The position numbers and the translations under genes were made by a program. Positions 26,985 to 36,082 of a stretch of 40,407 nucleotides of DNA are shown here, in pieces. Position 1 is the first letter of the stretch, and each line of letters begins with the position of its first letter. The stretch is from the sequence record SRR22947725_1617. One strand, given 5' to 3'. The notes under the pieces were generated by a model. That model saw nothing but the letters and a program-made list of their open reading frames with translations. It was not told where the DNA came from and did no database searches.

Positions 26985-27383
26985 TTGGAGGATAAAATTG
27001 AAATTATAGTAAGGTATAGTGAAACTGATCAAATGTCATTTGTATATCATGGAAATTACGTTAAATATTTTGAAATCGGAAGAATTGCTTGGTTAAAAAA
27101 ATTGGGTATTTCTTATAAACAGATGGAAAATGATGGTATGTTATTACCCGTTATTGACGTTAAAGTTAATTTTAGAAAACCTGCTCTATTTGACGACAAA
27201 CTTGTTTTATTAACAAAACTCAAGCAAATACCATCTTATATGATTGAATTTGAATACAGCATCTTAAGAGACAACGAGTTAATAACAAAAGGATATACAA
27301 AATTAGTTTTCTTAAATTCCAAGACAAATAAACCGATAAGATGTCCAAAATTTATTTTAGATAAAATCGTTTTGGATAAATAA
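26985..27383 (+). CDS. acyl-CoA thioesterase (YbgC/4HBT hotdog fold)
   Basis: VRYSETDQMSFVYHGNYVKYFEIGR, FRKPALFDD; TTG start. Confidence 0.9.
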   Translation: MEDKIEIIVRYSETDQMSFVYHGNYVKYFEIGRIAWLKKLGISYKQMENDGMLLPVIDVKVNFRKPALFDDKLVLLTKLKQIPSYMIEFEYSILRDNELITKGYTKLVFLNSKTNKPIRCPKFILDKIVLDK

Positions 27384-28380
27384 TTTTTAGTTCATCTTCT
27401 CCTATTTTATATTTTGATTTTATTGCTCCCTCAATTTTAGGACTGGGCACACCATTAATAAGTTTTATATCATTTGTAAATATTCTTGCCTCATCCCAAA
27501 TGTTATTTTTAATAAATAGATCTAATGTTTTTTTACCACCTTCAATAATAATTGATTGAATTTTATTTTTATGTAAAAATTCACAGATGTAGTTTCCTAA
27601 ATTGTTTTCATTTAAAAAATTTTCAATTACCAATGTTTCAGATTCACCATTAAAAACATTTAAATCTTTATCAAGTGAATTTTTGTCATCAAGTATTATT
27701 CGTATTGGATTGTTACCTTTTACATGTCTTACTGTCAATGAAGGATTGTCACTTAAAGCGGTATTATATCCAATTAATATGGCATGTTCTTCAGATCTCC
27801 ATTTGTGCACTAATTTTCTACTTTTAATAGAACTAATCCAAAATGGTTTACTATCAGATTTATTTGTTGGAGCAATAAAATTATCCAATGTTTGTGCCCA
27901 TTTTAATATTATGTATGGTCTTTTATGACTGTTAAAATGGAGAAAATTTCTATGAAGATTTTTACACTCTTTTTCTAAAACACCAACTGTTACTTTTATG
28001 TCTTTATTTTTAAGGAATTTAATTCCATTTCCGTTCACTTTTGAGCTAATATCAATAGTACCAATTACAACATGACTTATTTCATACTTGCTTATTAGTT
28101 CAACACATGGAGGTGTTTTTCCATAATGAGAACAAGGCTCTAATGTTACATAAAGAGTAGAGCCCTTTAGGTCTTGTTTATTTTTAACATTATTAATTGT
28201 GTTGACTTCTGCGTGGTTTCCACCATAGTTTGATGTTACCCCTTCTGAAATAACGTGATTATTTTTTACAATAAGACATCCAACTGAGGGGTTAGGATAA
28301 TATTTTGATTTATTATTTCTAGCAAGAAGTATACATTTTGACATATACTTTTCATCTATTTCAACTCTTTTTATTAACAA
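27352..28380 (-). CDS. ribD: bifunctional riboflavin deaminase/reductase
   Basis: PNPSVGC, HAE, LYVTLEPCSHYGKTPPC, LKWAQTLD, DNPSLTVR, IEGG. Start uncertain: TTG 28380 or ATG 28344; the track's 28425 looks too far upstream. Confidence 0.92.
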   Translation of the reverse strand: MLIKRVEIDEKYMSKCILLARNNKSKYYPNPSVGCLIVKNNHVISEGVTSNYGGNHAEVNTINNVKNKQDLKGSTLYVTLEPCSHYGKTPPCVELISKYEISHVVIGTIDISSKVNGNGIKFLKNKDIKVTVGVLEKECKNLHRNFLHFNSHKRPYIILKWAQTLDNFIAPTNKSDSKPFWISSIKSRKLVHKWRSEEHAILIGYNTALSDNPSLTVRHVKGNNPIRIILDDKNSLDKDLNVFNGESETLVIENFLNENNLGNYICEFLHKNKIQSIIIEGGKKTLDLFIKNNIWDEARIFTNDIKLINGVPSPKIEGAIKSKYKIGEDELKIIYPKRFYLK

Positions 28381-28440
28381 ATCACAGATTTTTACTAATA
28401 TATATGATGTATCTTCACAACACAAAAATACTTTTAAAAT

Positions 28441-28935
28441 ATGAAAGTTAGAGGTGATTTTTTAATTAGAGAAATTAAAGAAGAAGATAATCTAGAAATA
28501 CAACGTATTTTATCTAGTGTTATGCGAGAATTTGATGTTCCAGAAACTGGGACGGCATTAGCAGATCCAGAATTAGAAAACATGTATCAATCTTACAATG
28601 TCTTAAAAAGTTCATATTATGTAATACTACATAATAATTTCTTATTGGGTGGGGCAGGTATTTCAAAACTTAAAAACTCAAATGATAATATATGCGAGCT
28701 ACAGAAAATGTATTTTTTAGAAGAGGCAAGAGGGAAAGGATTAGGAAATATAATGATAGATTTATGTTTGAAAAGTGCACTTGATTACGGATTTGAAAAA
28801 TGTTACATAGAGACAATGCATAATATGAAGAAAGCTCAATCGTTATATTTGAAAAAAGGGTTTAGTTACTTACAAAAACCAATTGGAAACACAGGTCACT
28901 GTTCATGCCCTGTATGGATGATAAAAAATTTATAA
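28441..28935 (+). CDS. GNAT N-acetyltransferase (YjgM-like)
   Basis: GGAGI, ICELQKMYFLEEARGKGLG, YIETMHNMKKAQSLY, GHCSC. Confidence 0.85.
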   Translation: MKVRGDFLIREIKEEDNLEIQRILSSVMREFDVPETGTALADPELENMYQSYNVLKSSYYVILHNNFLLGGAGISKLKNSNDNICELQKMYFLEEARGKGLGNIMIDLCLKSALDYGFEKCYIETMHNMKKAQSLYLKKGFSYLQKPIGNTGHCSCPVWMIKNL

Positions 28936-29777
28936 TGACATTACTGGAGTTTAATAATTTATTTAAAAGCAAATTAATTGCAAGAATTGATAAAAATGAA
29001 CTTGACGAATTTTTTTTCTGGCTAATTGATCATTTTTGTAATTGTAGTAGAATGGATTATATTTTGAACTCAAGTACTAAAATCCCTAAAACTCAAGAAC
29101 AAAATCTTAAAAACTCAATTGATTCTTTATTAAATGAGATGCCAATTCAATACGTTATTGGAGAAACTAATTTTATGAATTTAATTTTTAAATTAAATAA
29201 TAGTGTATTGATTCCCAGACCTGAAACTGAGGAGTTGGTTCGTTGGATTATCAATGATGAACATACAAATAAAAACATATTGGATATTGGCACTGGTAGT
29301 GGATGTATAGCCGTAAGTTTATCTAAAAATTTAAATAATTGTAAAGTAACAGGTTGGGATATAAGTGAAGATATTATTAAAATTGCTAATCATAATGCGA
29401 CTTTAAATAATGTAACTGTAGAGTTTGAGTTGTCAGATATAACAAAACCTAAGCTGGTTGATAATAAATACGATGTAATAGTCTCTAATCCGCCTTACGT
29501 TACAATTAAAGAAAAAAAATTTATATCAAATAATGTAAAGTTTTTTGAACCGTACACTGCTCTTTTTGTTGAAGACGACGATCCGTTATATTTTTATAAG
29601 AAAATATTTGATTTTTCAAATACTAATTTAAAACCTAACGGTTTTTTATACCTTGAAATAAACGAAAATTTTTCTAAAGAAGTCATAAAACTTTTAAAAG
29701 ATAAAGGATTTTACGATATTAAACTTAAAAATGATTTTAGGTCAAAAAATAGAATGATTAAGGCTGTAAAAAAATGA
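28935..29777 (+). CDS. prmC: release factor glutamine methyltransferase
   Basis: PIQYVIG, VLIPRPETEEL, LDIGTGSGCIA, VSNPPY; start at the TAATG overlap with the GNAT stop. Confidence 0.94.
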   Translation: MTLLEFNNLFKSKLIARIDKNELDEFFFWLIDHFCNCSRMDYILNSSTKIPKTQEQNLKNSIDSLLNEMPIQYVIGETNFMNLIFKLNNSVLIPRPETEELVRWIINDEHTNKNILDIGTGSGCIAVSLSKNLNNCKVTGWDISEDIIKIANHNATLNNVTVEFELSDITKPKLVDNKYDVIVSNPPYVTIKEKKFISNNVKFFEPYTALFVEDDDPLYFYKKIFDFSNTNLKPNGFLYLEINENFSKEVIKLLKDKGFYDIKLKNDFRSKNRMIKAVKK

Positions 29778-31771
29778 GTTCAGATCAAAATATATTAGAG
29801 AATCTTAGAAATGAATTACATATGCACACACATCTTTATTATGTAAAAGATGCTCCAATAATAAGTGATTATGAGTTTGATTTGATGTTAAAAAAATTAA
29901 TTGACTTAGAATCAAAGTTTCCACAATTTTTTGATTCTAATTCTCCATCTCAAAGAGTGGGAGGTAAGGTGTCTAAAAAATTTAATAATGTAAAACATGA
30001 ATATCCAATGTATTCTTTGGATAATTCATATTCTAAAGAAGACTTAGACAATTTTAATACGAGAATTATAAAAAAAATACCAAATAGTGATCTTACATAT
30101 TTATGTGAACTAAAATTTGATGGGGTCTCAATTAATTTAACTTATGAAAATGGACTTTTAGTTAGGGCTGTAACAAGGGGTGACGGAGTTCAAGGAGATG
30201 ATGTAACTGAAAACATTAAAACTATCAAAACTATTCCTTTAAAATTAAAAGGAAATTACCCGAAAAAATTTCAAATAAGAGGTGAAATATTTATTGAACT
30301 CAATGATTTTAATAGGATGAATAATGATAGAATAGAAAAGGGTTTAGACACCTACATGAATCCTCGAAATACTGCTTCAGGAAGTTTAAAGTTACAAGAC
30401 AGTTCAGAGGTTGCTAAACGACCATTAAAATGTTTTTTATACCAAGTTGTTTCTGAAAATGACGATTCAAAAACACAATATGAAAATTTGATATCAGCTT
30501 CAAATTGGGGTTTTAATGTTTCAAATTCATTCAAACTCTGTAGTTCTATTGAAGAAGTTTTTGATTTTATTAAAAGTTGGGATAAAAAAAGAAATAATTT
30601 AGATTTTGAAATTGATGGCATAGTTATTAAAGTCAATCAAATAGATTATCAAAAAACCTTAGGATTTACTTCTAAATATCCAAGATGGTCAATTGCATAT
30701 AAATTTAAAACTCTTCAAGCTTCTACTTCGCTTATTTCTGTAAGTTATCAGGTTGGAAGAACTGGTGCCATAACTCCAGTGGCAAATTTAAATCCTGTAT
30801 TATTAGGTGGTACAATAGTAAAACGAGCTTCCCTTCACAATGAGGATCAAATAAATAAACTGGATTTACATTTAAATGATCACGTTTTGATTGAAAAGGG
30901 AGGAGAGATTATTCCTAAAATTGTTGATGTTCAAATTGATAAAAGAAATCTTTTTTCAAATCGAATTTCATTTATTAACAAGTGTCCTTCTTGTCAATCT
31001 AATTTATCAAAAAACGAATCAGAAGCTCATCATTATTGTTTAAATTTCAATTCTTGTACACCTCAAATTACAGGAAGAATTCAGCATTTTATTTCAAGAA
31101 AAGCAATGGATATAAATGGAATTGGAAATGAAACTATTCAGCTAATGTTTCAAAACAAACTTATTACAAATTATGCTGATCTTTACACTTTGAAAAAAGA
31201 TGATTTATTAAATTTAAATAGAATGGCTGAAAAATCCGTTGATAATATATTTAATGGATTAAATGATTCCAAAAACATACCTTTTGAAAGAGTTTTATTT
31301 GCATTAGGAATTAGATATGTAGGTCAAACAGTTTCAAAGAACCTTGCAAATAAATTTGGTTCAATTGATAATTTAATTTCTCAATCTTATGAAGAATTAC
31401 TTGAGGTTGATGAAATCGGTGAAAGAATTTCACAAAGTGTAGTTGATTTTTTTAAGAACGATAATAATATTTTAAATATTGAAAAGCTTAAAAAAAATGG
31501 ATTACAATTTCAAATTAATATAAGAAACAATGTTAGTGATATTTTTAAAAATAAATCCTTTGTGATTTCAGGTATTTTTCAAAATTATTCGAGAGACCAA
31601 TTAAAAAATATAATTGACCTTAATGGAGGGAAAAATCTTAGCTCTGTGAGTTCTAAAACTAATTATTTGTTAGCAGGTGATAAAATAGGACCAAGTAAAT
31701 TAAAAAAAGCTAATGATTTAGGAATTAGTATAATTTCTGAGCAAGATTTTGATAAATTAATAAAACTTTAA
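29774..31771 (+). CDS. ligA: NAD-dependent DNA ligase
   Basis: ISDYEFD, ELKFDG, TRGDG, NPRNTASGSL, DGIVIK, VGRTG, C4 zinc finger, HhH and BRCT (GPSKLKKA). Confidence 0.97.
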   Translation: MSSDQNILENLRNELHMHTHLYYVKDAPIISDYEFDLMLKKLIDLESKFPQFFDSNSPSQRVGGKVSKKFNNVKHEYPMYSLDNSYSKEDLDNFNTRIIKKIPNSDLTYLCELKFDGVSINLTYENGLLVRAVTRGDGVQGDDVTENIKTIKTIPLKLKGNYPKKFQIRGEIFIELNDFNRMNNDRIEKGLDTYMNPRNTASGSLKLQDSSEVAKRPLKCFLYQVVSENDDSKTQYENLISASNWGFNVSNSFKLCSSIEEVFDFIKSWDKKRNNLDFEIDGIVIKVNQIDYQKTLGFTSKYPRWSIAYKFKTLQASTSLISVSYQVGRTGAITPVANLNPVLLGGTIVKRASLHNEDQINKLDLHLNDHVLIEKGGEIIPKIVDVQIDKRNLFSNRISFINKCPSCQSNLSKNESEAHHYCLNFNSCTPQITGRIQHFISRKAMDINGIGNETIQLMFQNKLITNYADLYTLKKDDLLNLNRMAEKSVDNIFNGLNDSKNIPFERVLFALGIRYVGQTVSKNLANKFGSIDNLISQSYEELLEVDEIGERISQSVVDFFKNDNNILNIEKLKKNGLQFQINIRNNVSDIFKNKSFVISGIFQNYSRDQLKNIIDLNGGKNLSSVSSKTNYLLAGDKIGPSKLKKANDLGISIISEQDFDKLIKL

Positions 31772-32679
31772 ACCTTTATGTTATCTGAGCTTTCTTTAAT
31801 TTTTTCATCTGAAAAATAGAAATCAATTTTACCTAGATTTATTCCAAAACAACCTACTTGGTTAATTAACACATTTTTGTCATCAAGATTTTTTATTTGT
31901 ACTGGTTTTTCTAAAAACGTGTGGGTATGTCCTCCAATTATTAGATCTATATTTCTTGTTTTCTTTGCTAATACCAAATCACACATTATATTTTTGTCTT
32001 TTGAATAAGAAAAACCCAAGTGAGAAAGACAGATAATTAAATCACAATTATGATTAAATTTCAATTCATTAGTAATGTCAATTGATATTTCAACCGGATC
32101 TAAGTAATTTATTCCAGTGTACAATTTTTTTTCAACCAATCCGTTTAATTCAATTCCTAAGCCAAAAACTCCAATTTTGATACCATCGACATTAAAAATT
32201 TTGTATTTACTTATTTTATTTTCAAGCGCTGTGTTTTTAAAAGTATAATTTGAATTTAAAAAAGAAAAGTTAGCATGTTTTAAAGACTTGGCTAATTTTT
32301 CAATTCCATTATCAAATTCATGATTTCCAAGAGTTGATGCATTATAACCCATTTTACTCATCAATTTTAATTCAACTTCACCTTCAAAAAAATTAAAATA
32401 TGGTGTGCCTTGAAATACATCACCTGCATCAAGAACTAAAGTATTGGGATTCCCCTTTTTGATAAAGTTTATGAGATTTGATCTAGCGACAACCCCTCCG
32501 CTATTTGGATTTATTGGATCATTTTCTGGAAATGGATCAATATGACTGTGAACATCATTAGTGTGTAAGATTGTGATTTTTTTAAATTTGTTTGAAGAAC
32601 TGGTTAATCCTGTTAATGGGAGTGTTAATCCACAAATTGTAGAAGTTTTTATATGTTTTAAAAAATTTCTTCTCTTCAT
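31768..32679 (-). CDS. 5'-nucleotidase-type metallophosphoesterase (catalytic N-domain), Tat signal
   Basis: MKRRNFLK; HTNDVHS, DAGD, GNHEFD, LSHLG, GGHTH. Confidence 0.9.
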   Translation of the reverse strand: MKRRNFLKHIKTSTICGLTLPLTGLTSSSNKFKKITILHTNDVHSHIDPFPENDPINPNSGGVVARSNLINFIKKGNPNTLVLDAGDVFQGTPYFNFFEGEVELKLMSKMGYNASTLGNHEFDNGIEKLAKSLKHANFSFLNSNYTFKNTALENKISKYKIFNVDGIKIGVFGLGIELNGLVEKKLYTGINYLDPVEISIDITNELKFNHNCDLIICLSHLGFSYSKDKNIMCDLVLAKKTRNIDLIIGGHTHTFLEKPVQIKNLDDKNVLINQVGCFGINLGKIDFYFSDEKIKESSDNIKV

Positions 32680-33425
32680 TTTGATCTAAAAATTCTATTA
32701 TCTAGTTTACTCTTAATAAATTTTTTATTTCTCATTGATTTTATTAGTAAGTCTCTTAAATTCAAATTTAGGTTATAGATTTCCAAAGGATCTTTGAAAA
32801 ATATCATTTTGTCTCCACCCTCCTGTAAAAAGTTGGAAGTCAAAACATAATAGTTTTTGTTCACATTAAATTGTTTTTTATTAATAAGTATTTTTTTAAT
32901 TTTTTCATTAAAAAACTCTATTTCTAACCGGGTGCTAGGGTGTGCTAAGTTTTCCTTATTAAAATAATGGACTAATTCAACAACTTTTTCTCCTTTTATT
33001 TTTACTACGGTTGCTAAGTTTTTCCATGGCATTATTGTAAATAAATCATGTTGAGTTATTTTACCTTTATTTAATGTTCCTCTAACACCACCATAATTAA
33101 ATAATGCAAAATCTATGTTTTTTGAAGTCATTTTGTAAAATTCAGGATTGGACTCCTCATACAAAATATCAGCAATTAAATTACCAAGAGTAGATTCCAA
33201 TTTGCCATCACGAATACTATAAGATTCTTCACTAAATCCTACGGTTTTTTCTAACGTTTTAATTTTATTTCTAAATGGTTTAATAATTAATTCAATTTCA
33301 ATATCACCGACTGAATCTTGAACTTTAATATTGTCTTCGTAAGAAATTTTTGAAATAGTGTAATCTGTATTTGTGCAAGAAACTGTAAATAGAGTTATAA
33401 TTAAAACAATTAGTTTCAATTTCAT
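32676..33425 (-). CDS. 5'-nucleotidase C-terminal (substrate-binding) domain lipoprotein
   Basis: Lipobox FTVSC from ATG 33425; ESTLGNLIAD, NYGGVRG, IMPWKN, TSNFLQEGGD. Confidence 0.85.
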   Translation of the reverse strand: MKLKLIVLIITLFTVSCTNTDYTISKISYEDNIKVQDSVGDIEIELIIKPFRNKIKTLEKTVGFSEESYSIRDGKLESTLGNLIADILYEESNPEFYKMTSKNIDFALFNYGGVRGTLNKGKITQHDLFTIMPWKNLATVVKIKGEKVVELVHYFNKENLAHPSTRLEIEFFNEKIKKILINKKQFNVNKNYYVLTSNFLQEGGDKMIFFKDPLEIYNLNLNLRDLLIKSMRNKKFIKSKLDNRIFRSK

Positions 33426-33464
33426 GTTTTTATTGTAAAAAATAGTAATCAATTCTTAAATATG

Positions 33465-33472
33465 TAATTTAG
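33465..33472 (+). promoter_or_regulatory. -7 element variant (TAATTTAG) for the 33488 gene-dapA operon
   Basis: One mismatch to consensus, followed by C, 15 nt before the ATG. Confidence 0.5.
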
Positions 33473-33487
33473 CATAACTTTAAAGAT

Positions 33488-34003
33488 ATGATATTTAAAT
33501 CACTACATGAGAATCTTGTTAAAAAAAAGATAAATAAATCACTAGAACTTTTAAATAACCAGACAAGAATAAAACCAAACCCTATAAAAACAATTGGTTG
33601 TATCATTGACCCAATGTTCCCTGTTGAGGTTAGTAATTTTATCAAACTAGTACATAGGATAGGTTTGAAAGAGAAAGATTTAAAGCTAATTACTTTTCAA
33701 GAAAATGATAATGGTTTTAATATTTTTTCAAATATGAATATAACTCCAAAATCTATTTCTTATTCAGGTAATTTAAAAGGAAAAGACTCCTTGGAATTTA
33801 TTTCTTATGATTACGATTTATTAATTAATTTTTTTAAGTCCAATAATGTTTTGACTTTATTGTCTTCAAAAGTGAATGCTAAATTTAGAGTTGGTTTTAG
33901 CTCCGTAGATTCAAGATTAAATGATCTAATTTTCTCTGAAAAAATAAAAAAATTTAAAGAATTTGATAGTGAATTAATTAAATACTTAAGAATAATTAAA
34001 TAA
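33488..34003 (+). CDS. conserved hypothetical protein (resembles Bacteroidota DUF6913)
   Basis: 171-aa ORF TAATG-coupled to dapA; YDLLINFF and AKFRVGF motifs; family name from recall. Confidence 0.7.
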   Translation: MIFKSLHENLVKKKINKSLELLNNQTRIKPNPIKTIGCIIDPMFPVEVSNFIKLVHRIGLKEKDLKLITFQENDNGFNIFSNMNITPKSISYSGNLKGKDSLEFISYDYDLLINFFKSNNVLTLLSSKVNAKFRVGFSSVDSRLNDLIFSEKIKKFKEFDSELIKYLRIIK

Positions 34004-34899
34004 TGAGTTTATTAAAAAAACTTAAAGGCACAGGTGTAGCTGTAGTAACTCCTTTCAAAAAAGATCTTTCAATAGATTTTGTAGCCATTAAAAACCTTGT
34101 TGATTTTCTTGTTGAAAATGACATTAATTATATTGTTGTTCAAGGTACTACAGGAGAAAGTTCCACAATGAGTAATGATGAAAAAATTATTTCTAGAAAA
34201 GCATTTGTTGAAGCTAATAATAATCGTGTTCCATTGGTTTTAGGTTTAGGCTCAAATGATACTATGTCTTTATTAAATGAAATAAAAGAATCTGATTTTT
34301 TAGGTTATTCTGCTATTCTTTCTGTAACACCATACTATAATAGACCTACAATGGAGGGCCTTTACAAGCATTATTCTTTAATAGCTCAATCATCAACAAT
34401 ACCAATTATTTTATATAATGTTCCGTCAAGAACAGGATGCAATATACTTCCTGAAACTACTATAAGGCTAGCAAATGAGTTTAAAAATATAATTGGTATA
34501 AAAGAAGCTAGTGGGGATTTAAATCAAGTAAAACAATTAATTATAAACAAACCTGATGATTTTTTAGTTATTTCTGGTGACGATAATACTGCTTATCAAA
34601 GTGTTTTAATGGGTGGAGACGGAGTTATCTCTGTAATTGCAGGTTGTATTCCTAAAGAATTTTCAGAAATAATTAATCTATCGATGGAAAAAAAAGAGTT
34701 TGAATCTCAGTCAAAATTCAAAATTGTAAAGCCATTATTAGATTATCTTTTTTTGGAAGGAAACCCCTCTGGAATTAAATCTGCTTTACATAAATTAAAT
34801 TTATGCGAAAATATTTTGAGATTACCTTTAGTTCCTGTTTCAGATGAATTAAAAATTAAGATTAATAATTCAATTTCTACAATAATAAAAGATTATTAA
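34003..34899 (+). CDS. dapA: 4-hydroxy-tetrahydrodipicolinate synthase
   Basis: VTPF, GTTGES, TPYYNRP, LYNVPSRTG, GIKEASG, SGDD, NPSGIK, RLPL. Confidence 0.96.
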   Translation: MSLLKKLKGTGVAVVTPFKKDLSIDFVAIKNLVDFLVENDINYIVVQGTTGESSTMSNDEKIISRKAFVEANNNRVPLVLGLGSNDTMSLLNEIKESDFLGYSAILSVTPYYNRPTMEGLYKHYSLIAQSSTIPIILYNVPSRTGCNILPETTIRLANEFKNIIGIKEASGDLNQVKQLIINKPDDFLVISGDDNTAYQSVLMGGDGVISVIAGCIPKEFSEIINLSMEKKEFESQSKFKIVKPLLDYLFLEGNPSGIKSALHKLNLCENILRLPLVPVSDELKIKINNSISTIIKDY

Positions 34900-34918
34900 A
34901 TCGTTTAGAAAAAAATAC

Positions 34919-34926
34919 TAAATTTG
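34919..34926 (+). promoter_or_regulatory. -7 element (TAAATTTG) 4 nt before bamD ATG
   Basis: TAAATTTG-CCAG-ATG. Confidence 0.7.
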
Positions 34927-34930
34927 CCAG

Positions 34931-35746
34931 ATGTATTTAAAAAATAAATTACCAATTATTTTTTTCTTAATATCCTTGTCTTCTTGTAACGAGTTTCAAA
35001 GAGTTTTAAAAAGTGAGGATATCAAATTAAAGTATGAAGTTGCTGAAAAATATTATGAAGATCAAGAATTTAGACGTGCATCTAGATTATTCGAACAAAT
35101 TCAATCTCAATACAGAGGCAAACCACAAGCTGAAAGAGTTACTTTTTTTTATGCTAATTCATTATTAAATACCAGAAAGTATATTGATGCAGGTTATCAA
35201 TTTGAAAGTTTTATAAAAGCATATCCACTTAGCCAAAAAGTTGATGAAGCGGCATATTTAGGTGCTTATTCTTACTATAAAACTTCGCCTGTTTTTAGCT
35301 TAGATCAAAAAGAAACTTTAACTGCTATTGACAAACTTCAAGAATTTATAAATTCTTATCCAAATTCTGAAAAAATGTCGGATGCGAACGATTTAGTTCA
35401 AGAATTAAGAATCAAACTTGAATTAAAAGCTTTTGAAATAGCAAAACAATTTAATACAATAAGAGATTATAAATCTGCAATAATTGTTTTAGATGACTTT
35501 ATTTCCGATTACCCAGGCACTCCCTACAGAGAGGATGCATTGTTTTATCTGTTAGATTCATCTTACGAATTGGCTGTAAATAGTATTGATTCAAAGAAAT
35601 TTGAAAGATTAGAAGCAGCAAAAAAAATTCATAATGAATTAATGGCTACCTATCCGGAAACTAAATACATTGACAAATCAACAAAAATGATTGAGTCTAT
35701 AGACAAAGAAATTACTACATTTGCAAAAAATATAACAGTACAGTAA
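34931..35746 (+). CDS. bamD: outer-membrane assembly lipoprotein BamD
   Basis: Lipobox LSSC, TPR helices, YRGKPQAE, LDQKET..AIDKLQEFINSYPNS, DYPGTPYREDA. Confidence 0.9.
   Translation: MYLKNKLPIIFFLISLSSCNEFQRVLKSEDIKLKYEVAEKYYEDQEFRRASRLFEQIQSQYRGKPQAERVTFFYANSLLNTRKYIDAGYQFESFIKAYPLSQKVDEAAYLGAYSYYKTSPVFSLDQKETLTAIDKLQEFINSYPNSEKMSDANDLVQELRIKLELKAFEIAKQFNTIRDYKSAIIVLDDFISDYPGTPYREDALFYLLDSSYELAVNSIDSKKFERLEAAKKIHNELMATYPETKYIDKSTKMIESIDKEITTFAKNITVQ
35716..35723 (+). promoter_or_regulatory. internal -7 element (TACATTTG) for rpoZ, inside the bamD 3' end
   Basis: Exact TAnnTTTG followed by C, 33 nt before the rpoZ ATG. Confidence 0.55.
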
Positions 35747-35756
35747 ATTAAACAAC

Positions 35757-36080
35757 ATGGATTTTAAAAAAACTGATGCACCACTAGAAACTATCACTTA
35801 CGACAGAAATGCTATTGATGCTAAAACCGATAACATTTACGAAGCTATTTCAATCATATCTAAAAGAACAATTCAGATAAATGAATCTATTAAAAAAGAA
35901 TTGTTAGATAAACTAGAAGAGTTTGCAAGTCCAACAGAGAGTTTAGATGAAATTTTTGAAAACAAAGAACAAATTGAAGTTTCTAAATTTTATGAAAAAC
36001 TTCCTAAAGCTCATGCTATGGCCGTTGAAAATTGGTTAAAGGAAAAAATTTATTATAGAAATACTGAAATTAAAGAATAG
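35757..36080 (+). CDS. rpoZ: RNA polymerase omega subunit (Bacteroidota type)
   Basis: NIYEAISIISKR, EIFENKEQIEVSKFYEKLPK, IYYR; bamD-rpoZ-coaBC synteny. Confidence 0.88.
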   Translation: MDFKKTDAPLETITYDRNAIDAKTDNIYEAISIISKRTIQINESIKKELLDKLEEFASPTESLDEIFENKEQIEVSKFYEKLPKAHAMAVENWLKEKIYYRNTEIKE

Positions 36081-36082
36081 AA

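Noticed and set aside
26639..27928. ORFs 26639-26845 and 27602-27928
   Set aside because: Antisense to dnaA and ribD
28381..28440. Cys-rich N-terminal extension of RibD, or an FMN riboswitch
   Set aside because: The extension comes from an upstream TTG in the divergent promoter region, and the spacer is too short for an FMN aptamer
30352..30636. Minus-strand 94-aa ORF
   Set aside because: Antisense shadow of ligA
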